Below are positions 13,516 through 25,249 of a stretch of 64,000 bases of DNA, one piece after another. The notes beneath the pieces were generated by a model. It saw nothing but the letters and a program-made list of their open reading frames with translations. It searched no databases and had not been told where the DNA came from. Both the position numbers and the translations under genes were made by a program. Positions within the stretch are counted from its first letter, which is position 1. Every line of letters starts with the position of its first letter. Location: assembly GCA_002269645.1 (NCBI GenBank), contig NIVC01002378.1, positions 115,541-179,540 of the forward strand, written 5' to 3'. This DNA comes from Macrostomum lignano. Lineage: Eukaryota.

Positions 13516-16385
13516 CTGTAGGCCCTAACTGACAACTGTATGAAAAGCAAAACTGTTATTTTTTTTGTCACTATAGGTAGGAAGCAAAATGGTTATTTTT
13601 ATGGTCATATGCCTAGATGGAATTCTTGCAGAAAAATCATAACGTGTTATGCAATTGAGCGAAAAAATGTGATTTTGCGTCAAAAAATCCAGAAAAATGC
13701 GTCGCAGAATTTCAGACAAAATTTCTAATTCTTAATATATGCAAAAGTGCGCTTGAGATATTGGATTTTGCAAAAGATAATCCTACTAGCTAAGCTCACA
13801 AAAAAAAGAATAAAGAATAAAAAATAAAAACTAAATAAGGTACAAAAGTAAAAATTCGAAAAAAATTCTATAAAAAGTAGAATCTCGTAACATTCTCTAA
13901 CATACGTATTTGGACAAAAATTCAAATCACCACATTTTCTTAGAATGCATTTTTCGTTATTGTCTTTTGTTATTTCGTTATTTCGTTATTTTGCGACGTG
14001 CTAAGTACCAAAAAAATGTGACCAATAAAAAATATTTTGCGCGCCATAAAAAAATCACATAATTCTGTTTGACTTAAGAAATACAAGAATTCCATCCTGG
14101 GTCATATGGAAAAAAATTCAGTTAAATTACAATGTAATACTAATAGTTAACTTAACAATTACCTAAAATATGCTACTATAACAAGAACTATTTGGAAGTT
14201 ACCACTATTGTATGAATATATTTATTAATAACATGTTTCTTTATTTTTTAAATTTATTCACTTTCACTTTGTCCTTAGTTGCATTGTAGCCCAGGTTCAT
14301 TACTTCATTTAGATAGTATTTATTGTAAGTAGTAACCAAAAATAACTGTCTCACTATTTATATGGTTACTATAACAATAATAGCTGCCATTTTTCAATTC
14401 ATGACATAGTCATAGTCATAATCTATATAACTAACCTTTTATTTCAAATACTTAAATATTTTATACTTAAAAAATTAGAAAAAATATATTTTTTAATTGG
14501 TTTGGCTTATTGACTCTGGTCAGGGACTCAACTTTGTTTAGTATGCTAAATTATTTAATAATTCAAAAGAAGAATGAGAGGTAAAGTTTTTTGCAAAAAA
14601 ATGATAAAAAAATATTTTTTGTTCTTTGACCTTTGTTTTTTTGCCTTATTAGGTTTAAACACTTAAAATTTGTTGTAAAGGTTTTGGCTATTTTAGTCAT
14701 ATTATATTAGACTTTTTTATGAATAGGTAAATGATAAAAAAGTTACAAATGATTAGGGTTGAATTCCTTATAGGCATAAGAACATTTGAAAAAGTAGGGT
14801 AGCCAAGGGCCATCTTTTGGCATAGGACTAGGGAATCCAATTATCCCAAAAATTTCATTGCGAAATTTTTTGGAACGACATTGCTTGTCATATTAATTTT
14901 TTTATTATTATTGTCTATGCAAAAATTTGAAAAAAAATTCTTTTTATAGACTTTTATCCAAAAAACAAATGTTTTTTAATATGAGCATTTTGTTAAAAAA
15001 ACCTTACTAAGTGTACCAATTATATTTGCATTTGTACTGAGTTATAACAATGAAAAAAAATAAGTTAAGGCAGAAATGGAAAAGGAAGAGCCAAAAAACC
15101 AAACTAGTATATTTTGTGTTTATGCATTAGATTTAGAAACTAAATTTTCAAATTTAAATATTCTTTTATACTGCTATGCATTATATAAACCAACTGATAT
15201 TATTTTTTATACCTTTTCTCTAGTCTGACTTTCTTCAATTGGCAAAAATATTTCATGCAATAGTAATATAGAGACTAGGAATGCAAGTCTAGGGACTTGG
15301 GGAAGGTTTATGAAAATTCAAGGCATGGAAAAGCTCTTTAGCCATAAAGAAAATAGCCAGAGATAGATAAAGCCTAAACACAAAGCTAAACTTCTCCATA
15401 AGCACTAGCATTCTAGTAGCTCTCTTAGAGTTTTATCACTAAAAGATATATTGACTTTTTCTATGGTGTCCATCACTGCTAAGTAGTTGCAAATTAGGCT
15501 TTTCAATAAAGCAGTGCAGCAAGTCCATTGTGTAAGGCACAAAGGGCATAGTGATGTTCCATGTGTTCCTGGGATCTCAAGTGCCATGCTTTGGATTTAG
15601 AAGATATTTGATATTTTTAGAAAGTTTCTTACAAAGGTGTGATGACATACAGTGTAGTGGTGTTATGTGAGAGGGGTTAAGAAGAAGTAGGATAGGAATG
15701 TTCTTTGTCTCAATGTATCACCCAGTGCTTGCTTTTTTGTTCCTTCCTTTTTCCTTTGCCCCTTTTTCTTTGTATACATGTATGAGACCCTTGGGTCTTT
15801 GTTGCTTGCTAAATATATAGAAGCAATGGGCTCTTTTGAAGCCTCAATCTTTCTTCCATAGTAGACAGTCTACAAAAAGAAGTGATCTTATTTGTGAGGT
15901 CCAAGGTATCTCTCACAATTTTTTGCTGCCAAGATACTTCTTGTAGGACAAAATTGGCATAGTGCACTAGGCAGTGCATATGGATAGCAGCTGGGTACTC
16001 TTTCTAGATTCTGGCTGCCACCCCTTTCATTTTCCGTGACATGTTTACTGTATCATCATATGCTTAGTCATAGCAATATTGTAAAGGGAGTTGCATGTGG
16101 ACTAGGGCATCCTTTAATCTAGCTGCTAGACCTTTCCTATGGTATTTACCACTTAGATTAATTCCACTAGATCTTCATTGATGTTCAATTGCTCATTTAC
16201 CTAACAAATGGACGAGTTTAACTGCTCTTTAGGGGTAACATCAGTTGTCTTATCTGCTAGGATGGCATTAAACTTTGCTTCTCTGATGTTGAGAAGTTGT
16301 TGGAATATTGTTATGCCAATTTTTTGGATCAACTCATTTTGGATCATAAGAGACAATTATTCATTCCAGATGCCAAGGTCTAGGA

Positions 16386-19156
16386 CAGGGGTCCCCAACC
16401 TTCTATGGGCGGCGGGCCGCATTGACAACTGGCTTGGTGTGTGCGGGCCGCATGCTAATACACAAAACATGAAATACACAAAACCAAGCAAAAATGTCCA
16501 TTTCCAAATGTCAAACAAAATCAATGAGATGGCTGGTGCTCCTTATCCTTCGACAGCAGTTCAACATTTGGCTTGATCGACGAAACAGCGAGCAGCAGTG
16601 CATCTTCGAGGTGGCCGTCAGTCAACTGCGCTCTAGTTTTGCTCTTGGTCAGCTTCATTCGGCTGAAGAGCTGTTCACATGCGTATGTAGAACCAAACAT
16701 GGCAGCAATCTTCGTGGCGTGTAGGACGAGGCCTGGAAAGTCAGCAGGCTTGATGCCCTGGCTCCAAAATCCCATTGGGGAGGTGCAGCCGAACTTTGCT
16801 TTGAGCTCGTCAGAACAATAAAGCTCAATGAGCTCCATCTGCAGATTGGCAGGCACTTCATCAGCATCCAGGTCGAAAGGGCTGCTGAATAGCTTCAGCT
16901 CCATTGAATTCGCTCGCAACTCCGAGAAGCGGTTGGCGAACTCGTCCCTCAGGTCCGAAAGGGCGTCAGCGTACTTCTGGGCAGCTGAATTAGTCAGCTC
17001 GAAAGTTGCAAGGTTGGGAAAGTGTGTGAGCTCTCGATTCTTTATCTGTGCTTCCCACAGCCTGAGCTTGGTCTCGAATGCCTTGATCTTGTTTATCATG
17101 TCTGGCACAAGGACGCCACGGCCTTGCAGCTGGGTGTTCAGGGTGTTGAGGTGCCCAGTCAGGTCAACAAGGAAGGCGAGGTCTTGCACCCACGCTGGGT
17201 CAGTGAACTCCTGGACAGCAGCTCCCTTTGAATCCAAGAAGTCGGCTAGCTCCTCCCTCAGATCGAAGACTCTTTGCAGCATCTTCCCGCGGCTGAGCCA
17301 GCGCACCTCACAGTAATAGAGAAGGTCCCCATACTGTGCTTTGGCCTCTGACAGCAAGTCCCGGAACTGGCGGTGATTCAGGGCCCGAGCTAGCACAAAA
17401 TTCACCGCCTTCACCACGACGCCCATAACGGACGTTATGGTGGTCGACTTTGCACAGAGGACTTCTTGGTGTACGATGCAGTGGATGCGCATGATGTCCT
17501 GCATATGTCCCTGGTCCCGGCAGTGCTTTACCAGGAGGGAAGCAAAGCCCTTGGTTGGCCCAACCATGGCAGGTGCACCGTCAGTGGTAATGGCACACAG
17601 GCGTGATAGATCCAGCTCGAATTCCTGCACCAACTTTAGCACGCACTGCAGGATGTCGGCACCAGTGGTGGTTCCTTGCATCGGCATCAGCCGGACGAAT
17701 TCTTCCACTACGTCAAAGGTGTCCGTGACGCCACGAAAGAAGATGGCGAGCTGAGCTGTGTCCTTGACGTCGGTAGACTCGTCAAGGGCAATGGAGAAGA
17801 AACGTGCACTGTGGCAGCGCTGCTTAAGCGTTGAACGAATGTCGATTGCCATCTCTTCAATGCGGCGAGTGATGGTGGAAGCAGAGAGGCTGATGTTGGT
17901 GAAGAGATCCTTTTTTTCTGGGCAGACTTCCTCTACAGCGGCCATCATGCACTCCTTTACAAATGCCCCGTCGGTGAAGGGCTTTAGCTGGGTCGCTACC
18001 AGGTGGGCAACTCGGTAGCTGGCGCGCGTGTTGCGGATTGCGGCAGATTGAGCCAGATTCACAGGCTTTTTAAAGAGGGCATTCTGCCGGTCCAAGTTGG
18101 CTGCCAAGCGAGTGAACTCAGTCTTGCGCTTGTCCTCCGGCATGTCCACAAACTTGGCATGGTTCGTGGTGAAGTGCCGCTTCACATTGAACTCCTTGCA
18201 TACGGCGATCGTCTCCTGGCAGATGACACACAGCGGCTTCCCCTTGCGCTCCACGAAAAAGAACTGACACCAGTCGGCATTAAAGGAGCGCTTCTCCTCC
18301 GCGATCTTCCTCTTTTTTGCAGCGTGTGCCATCTGGAACTATAGAGTTACTGAGTTATAGAGTTACTCCTTGCTACTGGTCCACCATTTTAAGGAACTCT
18401 ACTGGCATTTAAGGGCCAATAAACAATGTACACCCATGAAAAAGGGTGTAGAAGAAAAATCGATAAGTTTCTATTGGTTACAAGAACTATGGGCTGGACT
18501 AGAGACGAAATGCCACCCCCAGCGAGGCTTTGGGCCGCAGACCCGTCAGGCCGTTTCATTGTACAGTGAGAAAGAAGCAGCCAATAAACTGCTAGCGAGA
18601 ATATACTAGTGCGGGGGAGGGAAAGTGGGGGGTTGTGTTGTGCGTCACTCCCCCTTCCCCCACGCATGCGTAGCCAGATATGGAGAGAGAGGTTTGAAGC
18701 GGTGAGGGGTTGAATCAGCGGAGGTTGAATCAGCGCACTGTGGGGGAGAGAAAATATCGACTGAACTAAACTAGCTTTCATGAGAGAGAGAGAGGCAGTA
18801 GAGCCCTTACCCCCAACCCCCACCTCCTTTGCCTTGAACCTTATTGATATTAGCTAGCATTCCTTCCTACTTTTCACTTCAACTCTTGACTGCATGTACA
18901 TTTGTGCGCTAGGAGTGGCTAAAATAGCAATCCAAATGAATTGAAGCGTCGCTTCTAGCGGTTGGGGGGGTAAGAGATTTCTGGGCATATTTTCAATACA
19001 GCTAGGAAAACTTTAACATTTTCGGGGGCCGCAGTGAAATCCAGTGATAGACTCGGTGGGCCGCATGTAATGCAAACTACTGGAAGGTGCCGCGGGCCGC
19101 ACAAAAAGGGCTCGCGGGCCGCATGCGGCCCGCGGGCCGCAGGTTGGGGACCCATG
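16386..19156 (-). mobile_element. Full-length autonomous hAT transposon, Charlie/SPIN/GTF2IRD2-like, 2771 bp
   Basis: 16-bp TIR CAGGGGTCCCCAACCT / CATGGGTCCCCAACCT (15/16); perfect 8-bp TSD GTCTAGGA (16378-16385, 19157-19164); GCGGGCCGC subterminal repeats. Confidence 0.96.
16521..18332 (-). CDS. Intact hAT transposase, 603 aa (GTF2IRD2/Charlie-like)
   Basis: BED-type finger CVIC..KRHFTTNH; catalytic motifs LDESTD, TTDGAPAM, HCIVHQ, EVRWLSRG, STYACEQLFS; C-terminal dimerisation region; no stops. Confidence 0.95.
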   Translation of the reverse strand: MAHAAKKRKIAEEKRSFNADWCQFFFVERKGKPLCVICQETIAVCKEFNVKRHFTTNHAKFVDMPEDKRKTEFTRLAANLDRQNALFKKPVNLAQSAAIRNTRASYRVAHLVATQLKPFTDGAFVKECMMAAVEEVCPEKKDLFTNISLSASTITRRIEEMAIDIRSTLKQRCHSARFFSIALDESTDVKDTAQLAIFFRGVTDTFDVVEEFVRLMPMQGTTTGADILQCVLKLVQEFELDLSRLCAITTDGAPAMVGPTKGFASLLVKHCRDQGHMQDIMRIHCIVHQEVLCAKSTTITSVMGVVVKAVNFVLARALNHRQFRDLLSEAKAQYGDLLYYCEVRWLSRGKMLQRVFDLREELADFLDSKGAAVQEFTDPAWVQDLAFLVDLTGHLNTLNTQLQGRGVLVPDMINKIKAFETKLRLWEAQIKNRELTHFPNLATFELTNSAAQKYADALSDLRDEFANRFSELRANSMELKLFSSPFDLDADEVPANLQMELIELYCSDELKAKFGCTSPMGFWSQGIKPADFPGLVLHATKIAAMFGSTYACEQLFSRMKLTKSKTRAQLTDGHLEDALLLAVSSIKPNVELLSKDKEHQPSH

Positions 19157-19949
19157 GTCTAGGATAACCCTTTTTTCAGGATGAGCAGTTGGTTAAGGTT
19201 TCTTTCACTTTCTTCTTTGCTTTAGACAAGAAAATTCTAGTGTAGTAAAAATACAATGCACTCCATTTCTTTCTTAAGACACTTCCTCCTACATGCGTAT
19301 TTAGCAGTAGATTGACTGGCTAGCTATGAGTTAATTGTCTCTTTCCCTTCATTGAGCAGCTTAAAGCATGCTTCTTGGTGGTAGAGAAAAGACTCATGCT
19401 TGTTGAAAGACTCTGGCCTTTTTCCAGTTGTTGAACCTATCTTGTATAAAGACGGGGTCTTTGCTCTTACTCATGGTTAATTTTGTGCTGCTCCTGTCAT
19501 CTGCAAATGTTATAGAACACTTTTCCAGTTGCCATATATACACTTAGCCAGCTATACTGACTTTACCACTTTATGTTGACTGTACAAGTGGCCACCTTGA
19601 AGATAAGCCATTTTTTCAGTGTCCATGTCATGTGGCTGGTGTGACCCATCCAATGTATAGCATAAAAAGGAGCAGGACAAGCCAGGGTGAGATGCAACTG
19701 AACCTGATAAATGAGAAAAAATGGAGTACCACAGTTATATACTAAAATAGTCCACATTATAACCAAAAAATGACGGCTAAGAAGAATAATAAATCCCTAA
19801 TTTCTAATCTTCCTTACCTAAATCCTCTGAAAGCATTTCAGTAGCAGTAGAAAAAGCACCTATAGTAGTTGTTTACTGTTCAGTTGGTTGCCCTTGCTCT
19901 TGCAGTTTAGTAGGCATAACAAGACCTGGGGGTTCAGCAAAGAATGCAG

Positions 19950-20351
19950 TAGGGGTCGGACGTGATCACGATCGTGATCACGATTTTGTGAATTCACGAC
20001 CATTTTTTTCACAATCGTGATTTCCTTGAAACCTGTTCACGACAGTCGTGAATTTCCGCTTTATTACATTTTTATTAGAAGTATAACTTTTCTACTTGGT
20101 TTACCAAAATATGTGAATACAAATGTGTAAAAGAGTAATAAATTTTAAATTTGTTGACTTGACAGCATTACTGAGTAGCTATTATCAACTTATAAATATT
20201 TATTTTCTTGTTTTGTTATTTTCAATACTTGTAACTTACGAGCTCAAAATACGTGTATGCAAATATAAATTCACAATCACGATCACGCCCGACTTTGAAA
20301 ATTTCACAAAATTTCATGTCTGACCAAAATTTTCTGCTCGTCCGACCTCTA
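19950..20351. mobile_element. 402-bp hAT-type MITE
   Basis: TIR TAGGGGTCGGACG / TAGAGGTCGGACG; exact 8-bp TSD GAATGCAG (19942-19949, 20352-20359); GTGATCACGAT subterminal repeats. Confidence 0.92.
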
Positions 20352-21699
20352 GAATGCAGGCATATTAGCACATAGAGGTTCAGCTTCAGTAGGTAATAAA
20401 AGTGCATTAGCACCTAGAGGTTCAGCAGGCATATTAACACATAGGGTCAAGGATATAGGTGCTTATAGTTCATTTGAATTGGATTTTGACTTTCCAAAAA
20501 GTTTTGTATATCTATATTGATCTTTCTCATTGTTGTTGATTGCTGGCTGCTGCAATGTTAATAATATTAGTAACTTAAGTAAGCAACTTTTTTGTTTTGT
20601 ATAAGGCCACAAGAACAAGATGAGATAAGCAAACTATATAGCAAATTAGCAAATTTAAAATTATTACATTCCTAGTAATCTATCCACTATATTATAATCA
20701 TTGATATAATAAAGAAATTGATACTTGGATCATTATATCTTATATGATAAATAAATATATTGCAATCTCAAATCAAATTATAATTGAAAAGGCTAAGGCC
20801 TAAGGAGCTTCAGCCAGCTTAGCCCTTTCCTCCTAAAACTACCATTGCTAACTAACTATCTCCAAATCAATTAGGAGCATTTAAAATACTATTAATTTTC
20901 CTGGCTATATGCCACATATAACAAAACTGTTTTTAACTTTTTAATAAAAAACAAAAAACAAACCATTGTAAAAATATAATAGATAGCTATATTAAATATA
21001 ATATTATATGTCTCATTGTTAGTCAGTTTATTCTTATTGTCACTGCTTAATGACTCAATGTAATGTTCATTTAGTTCATTCTTAATTTTTATTCATGAAT
21101 ATGAATAAGAATGAATGAATCAAAATCATGATTCATGCTTTATGGATCATGGTAATGGTATGGTCTATGGTAGATGTTTCTTTGAATGATTTCTTAGAAA
21201 TCAAAAATCAAAATTGTAACCTATATATTTACAAGTTTCCAATTTTTTTATTTTATATTAATATATACCATGCATATATGTTTATGCAAAGCAGCAAAAA
21301 CCAAAAATAAAAGTAAAAAAAGAAGCAAAAAGTCTATATTTTACATTTAAAATTTGGAGGGGCCAGATACCATTACTGGCCTCCCATTTTAAAAAGTGGA
21401 GGGCCATGGCCCCACTGTCCCCCTATTCTTACACCTATGGAATGCCCTATTGGAATAAGTGGACAAAAGGCATCCAACCATCTGTTGCAATTTTGGAATT
21501 ATCCAATAGTGTGTTATAGCTAGAGTCAAGACAGTAGTGTTGTGGCACAGTGTAGTTTTGGATAAATGGCAGGAATAACTATGACTATCTTGTTAAGGCT
21601 AAATGTCTCATCATCTAATTAGTACTATACATATATTTGGTATAAAAGTTAACATGTTCTGTGTTTTGTCATGTTTTTGAGCTATAATTTTAGATCCCA

Positions 21700-23290
21700 T
21701 GTGTGTCTGCAAGTTTTTTATATATTCCAATTGGAATTGGGGTTGGATGATATCACATTTTCAAAATATTTTAGACTTGAGATCTACTAGGGTATACTTC
21801 ATACATCAAGTGCACAAAACAAAAAATTGACCAGTATTGCTACTTTCAGTGAACTTTAGGCCTAAGTGCATGCAGAACAATAACTTTTTTTGCCAGAAGA
21901 TTCCGTATATTGTTGGAATTATATCTAGCAATGATAATATTTGATTGTTAATTTATAAAAGCTTTCTCAAGACTTTAGTATAGCACAATATTTTATATTT
22001 TTAATAAAGGTTTGTTCGCATGCATTTAATTTTTTAACTTTTGGTGCCAAATATATTTTTTTTAGGGATGAATTTCAGCTTGGGAAATCTATACTTTTTT
22101 AAGATAATCAAGATTTAATTGAGATTTGAAATTAAGCCTAAATAGAATCTAATAGGCCTATTGACACAATTCTATCTTCAATGCTAATATTTTTGTTTGT
22201 TAAATATGTACAGTGATGATAATAAAAAGAAAGCAATTATTATATAATATTGAGCTTGTTAGTAACTTGATGTATATCATATAAATATGATAATAGTATA
22301 GTTACCAACAGTCACACAGTCTCAAATCTTAACTTTTTTGAGATCTTGAAACTGAGATTGAAATTTAAAAAAGTGCCAAGATCTTGATGATCAAGATTAA
22401 GATTGAATCTTGTCTACCTTTAAAAATGATATATTCAACATAGAATTTTCGACATAGAATAAAATGTTTTTATTATTATTATTTTAATATACAATATTAT
22501 TAATAAAAAATCAAGTTTTTGGATAAAAATGATCTTATGCCTGTTAATAGGCAAAGTATTACAAAATATTCTAATATATAGAAATAGAATTGGTTCACTT
22601 AGGGGTGATGCAATCAGGTTGAACCATTTTTAACTTTTATAATTTGTGCTTTAGACAATGCAAATCTGGTCTGATCATATGTTTGCTTTATAGAGCCTTT
22701 ATTATCTGCAATTCCTAGATCAAATTTGATTAAAAAATCAAGTTCTTAACCAAAATGCTCCAATAGAATGGTTACCCTTTAGTCTTTATCTACTAAAACA
22801 TTCACAAATTCATTTCTAAAAGAGTGAATCAACAAAAGTTTATCAAACCTAATCACATTGACTAGAGTAAACCAACCCTCATTCTCCCTTTATTTGGCTA
22901 TCCTTTTATTTCCAAAGTTGGCAGTTTTGTTAGTTGGTTAATTTCATGTATGCCCTATGCTCTACATACAGGTATTATCTATTGATTCTGATGACTAGAG
23001 TATCTCCTATGTGGGGAAGACCAAAAGACTCACACACCAGAACTAGGGAGCACTGGCTCAACTGCCAGCTATCCAAACCTATCTTTTGGAATGCAACAGC
23101 TGCTCTAATAATACACTTAAAGAAGAATACTTTAGAATCATTGACCAATGTCTATCTAATTACAAACTTGAGATCTTAGAAGCATTGTATATAAAAAATC
23201 AGTCATCTACCCTCAATATGCAACTTTAACATAGTGGTGCAGCCCTGCTATGTTCTTCATATATTCTGAGTAAGGGAGACCAGACCATTT
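21700..23290 (+). pseudogene. Decayed Penelope-like retroelement (RT thumb and GIY-YIG endonuclease remnants)
   Basis: YRAFIICNS*..IKFLTKMLQ*NGYPLVFI (~22690-22790); YVGKTKR/HTRTREH (~23008-23050); FRIIDQCLSNYKLEILEALYIKNQSSTLNMQ (~23130-23222). Left limit uncertain. Confidence 0.75.
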
Positions 23291-24101
23291 TTAACTATAG
23301 TGCACGTTAAAATCATATTTTGATCTTCACCCATTATTGCATTAATGGTATTCACCTGGACCTATAGGCTATTAACCTCTAACTGCTTTGTAAATTAAAA
23401 ATAAATAATAAATCATTAAGTACATGAACAAATAATTTATAAGTCTGCTTTACTTATTATATGCTCCTGTTCCAAACAATATGAGCTATGCCTGATTATG
23501 CACCTTGGAGTATGCATTGTCAGAAAGTCCATCTAGGTTTGTTATTCTATATGGTTATAAATGCAGTTTAAAATTCTCATTAGCAACTTATTTTAAGGGA
23601 CAATTGCAAATGTTGCACATGGTTATCATTATACTCATTAGTTGCAAATTTCAAGACAGTAAAATTTATAAATCTTATGAAATTATTTTGTTTATTTGTT
23701 AATTTTGTTTGTTTATTGGTAGGAAGGTGCCTTGTTAATATGTTGGAGTTCTAGTAAGTCATACTTGTGGGTTTTTATTTTTCAGTTGTCATTATCTCCT
23801 TTCAATGCTCAGTGCCCTATAGAGCTTCAATAAATTTGATGAATTTTCAGGCTATAAAAATGAATGAAAATGCCAATTTTGCACAAATAATACAAACTCT
23901 GCAAGAGAAGGTGTCAAATTCAACATCTAGTTCAGTTTTAAAGAAGGACTTATTGGTAAGGTTTCGAGTTCATTGCCGGTGCACTTTGTAACTTGATAAT
24001 TCAGAAGTTATCAGTTTGCTTTCTACTCTGAAAAACACATACAGGATCTGAAAGAATGGGTCGCAAAGGATCCCGAAAGAAGGCCCATAAGCAGAGAGGA
24101 C

Positions 24102-24665
24102 ATGGCTAATCCTGCACTACTTGCCGACTTGCAGCGAAGACTTGAGACGCTGAAAAGGACTGCCAAAGCGATTGATCAAGGCATGGGGTGCGCATTGCCT
24201 ACTCCGTCAGCTAACACTGCTGAGCAAGCTGTGAAAAATATGCCGCCATTAAAATCTGGCCACCTGTCTCTAGTTAGCCTGGCAATTGCAATTAAAGTAA
24301 TTAATGCCGAGTTTAGGAGTCTGCCATCTCAATTAATTGAATTGCTTCGCGACGGCGACCTGGCCAGTCGTTATGGACAGGTAGCAAAGCTGTACATCTG
24401 CAATGGTTTCAGGCCGTCTGTTCACGTAGTTTATACCGCACGATCAGACGCAGCTGCTGCCCTCCATCAAATCTGTGCATCGTTGCCGTCCGAATTGAAG
24501 TTCCGAATTAGCACCGAATGGGTGATTAGCGGCGATATGGATTGTAGTCTGTCGTGCGGGAATTGGGACCCAGCCGTTGGCTGTACCTACATCACGTACT
24601 CCAAGCTGCCTACTGAGCAGTGCGTCTTAGTTAAACTGCTGTCCAGTGAGTTGTGCTTTGATTAG
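24102..24665 (+). CDS. Orphan 187-aa single-exon ORF with a possible divergent CNOT4/Not4-type RRM
   Basis: HLSLV..AEFRSLPSQL..LLRDGDLASRYGQVAKLYI..SVHVVYTARSDAAAALHQI aligns by eye to the CNOT4 RRM (HLASV..VFVVGLSQRL..EYFGKFGKIHKVVI..SAYVTYIRSEDALRAIQCV); non-repetitive open frame. Confidence 0.45.
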   Translation: MANPALLADLQRRLETLKRTAKAIDQGMGCALPTPSANTAEQAVKNMPPLKSGHLSLVSLAIAIKVINAEFRSLPSQLIELLRDGDLASRYGQVAKLYICNGFRPSVHVVYTARSDAAAALHQICASLPSELKFRISTEWVISGDMDCSLSCGNWDPAVGCTYITYSKLPTEQCVLVKLLSSELCFD

Positions 24666-25249
24666 TTTTTTTAACTACTAACATATTGATAGACAGTCTC
24701 AAACTGTCAGGAGATTCCCTCGATAATTAATTCAAATGTTGAGCAATCGGAATATCAAGCTGTCTGGCATGAAAGATACGCGCTTCCATATATATAGCTT
24801 GTGTGTGTCTAAACTCTTCGATTCAAAGATTCGAACCTCGATAGGCCAGAACCGGTTTCTGAGTTCCTACTCTTCTGTTGAGTAGAGTAGATTAGCCTTG
24901 TAAGCAAGAAATAAACGCTCTGGACAGTACATTTGTATTTATAGATGCTAGGATTGGGCCGCCACGAAATACAGTAGTAGTATATACAAAGTACATATCA
25001 TTTTCAGTAGGGGATCGTTTGTATGTGCTAAAGCAGACTTTAAGTGCTCGAAAATTCGTATAGATATTCTAAAATACTCGACAAAATGCTGTAATTGGGT
25101 TTTATTGAAAATCCTTGTGTCACTTGAAAATGCAGTCAGAAAAGTCTTCCTGAGAAGTCTTGATCTACATCTTTGTTCAATGTAGTGTCCGCGTTATTCG
25201 ATTCGCGCCCGCGCAGAAAATTAATTCAGAAACTTCCGTTAATTTTTAG

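Larger units (their letters stand above)
15100..19700 (-). pseudogene. Decayed ZMYM1-like hAT transposase, split by the 16386-19156 insertion
   Basis: Minus-strand remnants with stops and frameshifts: TTF zinc-finger FNNWKKA..ESFNKHESFLYHQEA (~19350-19440); IQNELIQ..AILADKTTDV..KEQL (~16220-16345); YDDTVNMSRKMKGVAARI*KEYPAAIHMHCLVH (~15965-16065); ALEIPG/T-WN (~15555-15590). Outer limits are approximate. Confidence 0.8.
14769..21439 (-). mobile_element. Old hAT element (ZMYM1/THAP12-like transposase clade) carrying nested insertions
   Basis: Degenerate TIRs TATAGGCATAAGAA (14769-14782) and CATAGGTGTAAGAA (reverse complement of 21426-21439), 11/14 identical; degenerate 8-bp TSD GAATTCCT/GAATGCCC; decayed transposase inside. 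Confidence 0.7.

Noticed and set aside
16208-18344. Short + strand ORFs overlapping the transposase
   Set aside because: Antisense by-products of GC-rich coding sequence; no recognisable motifs.
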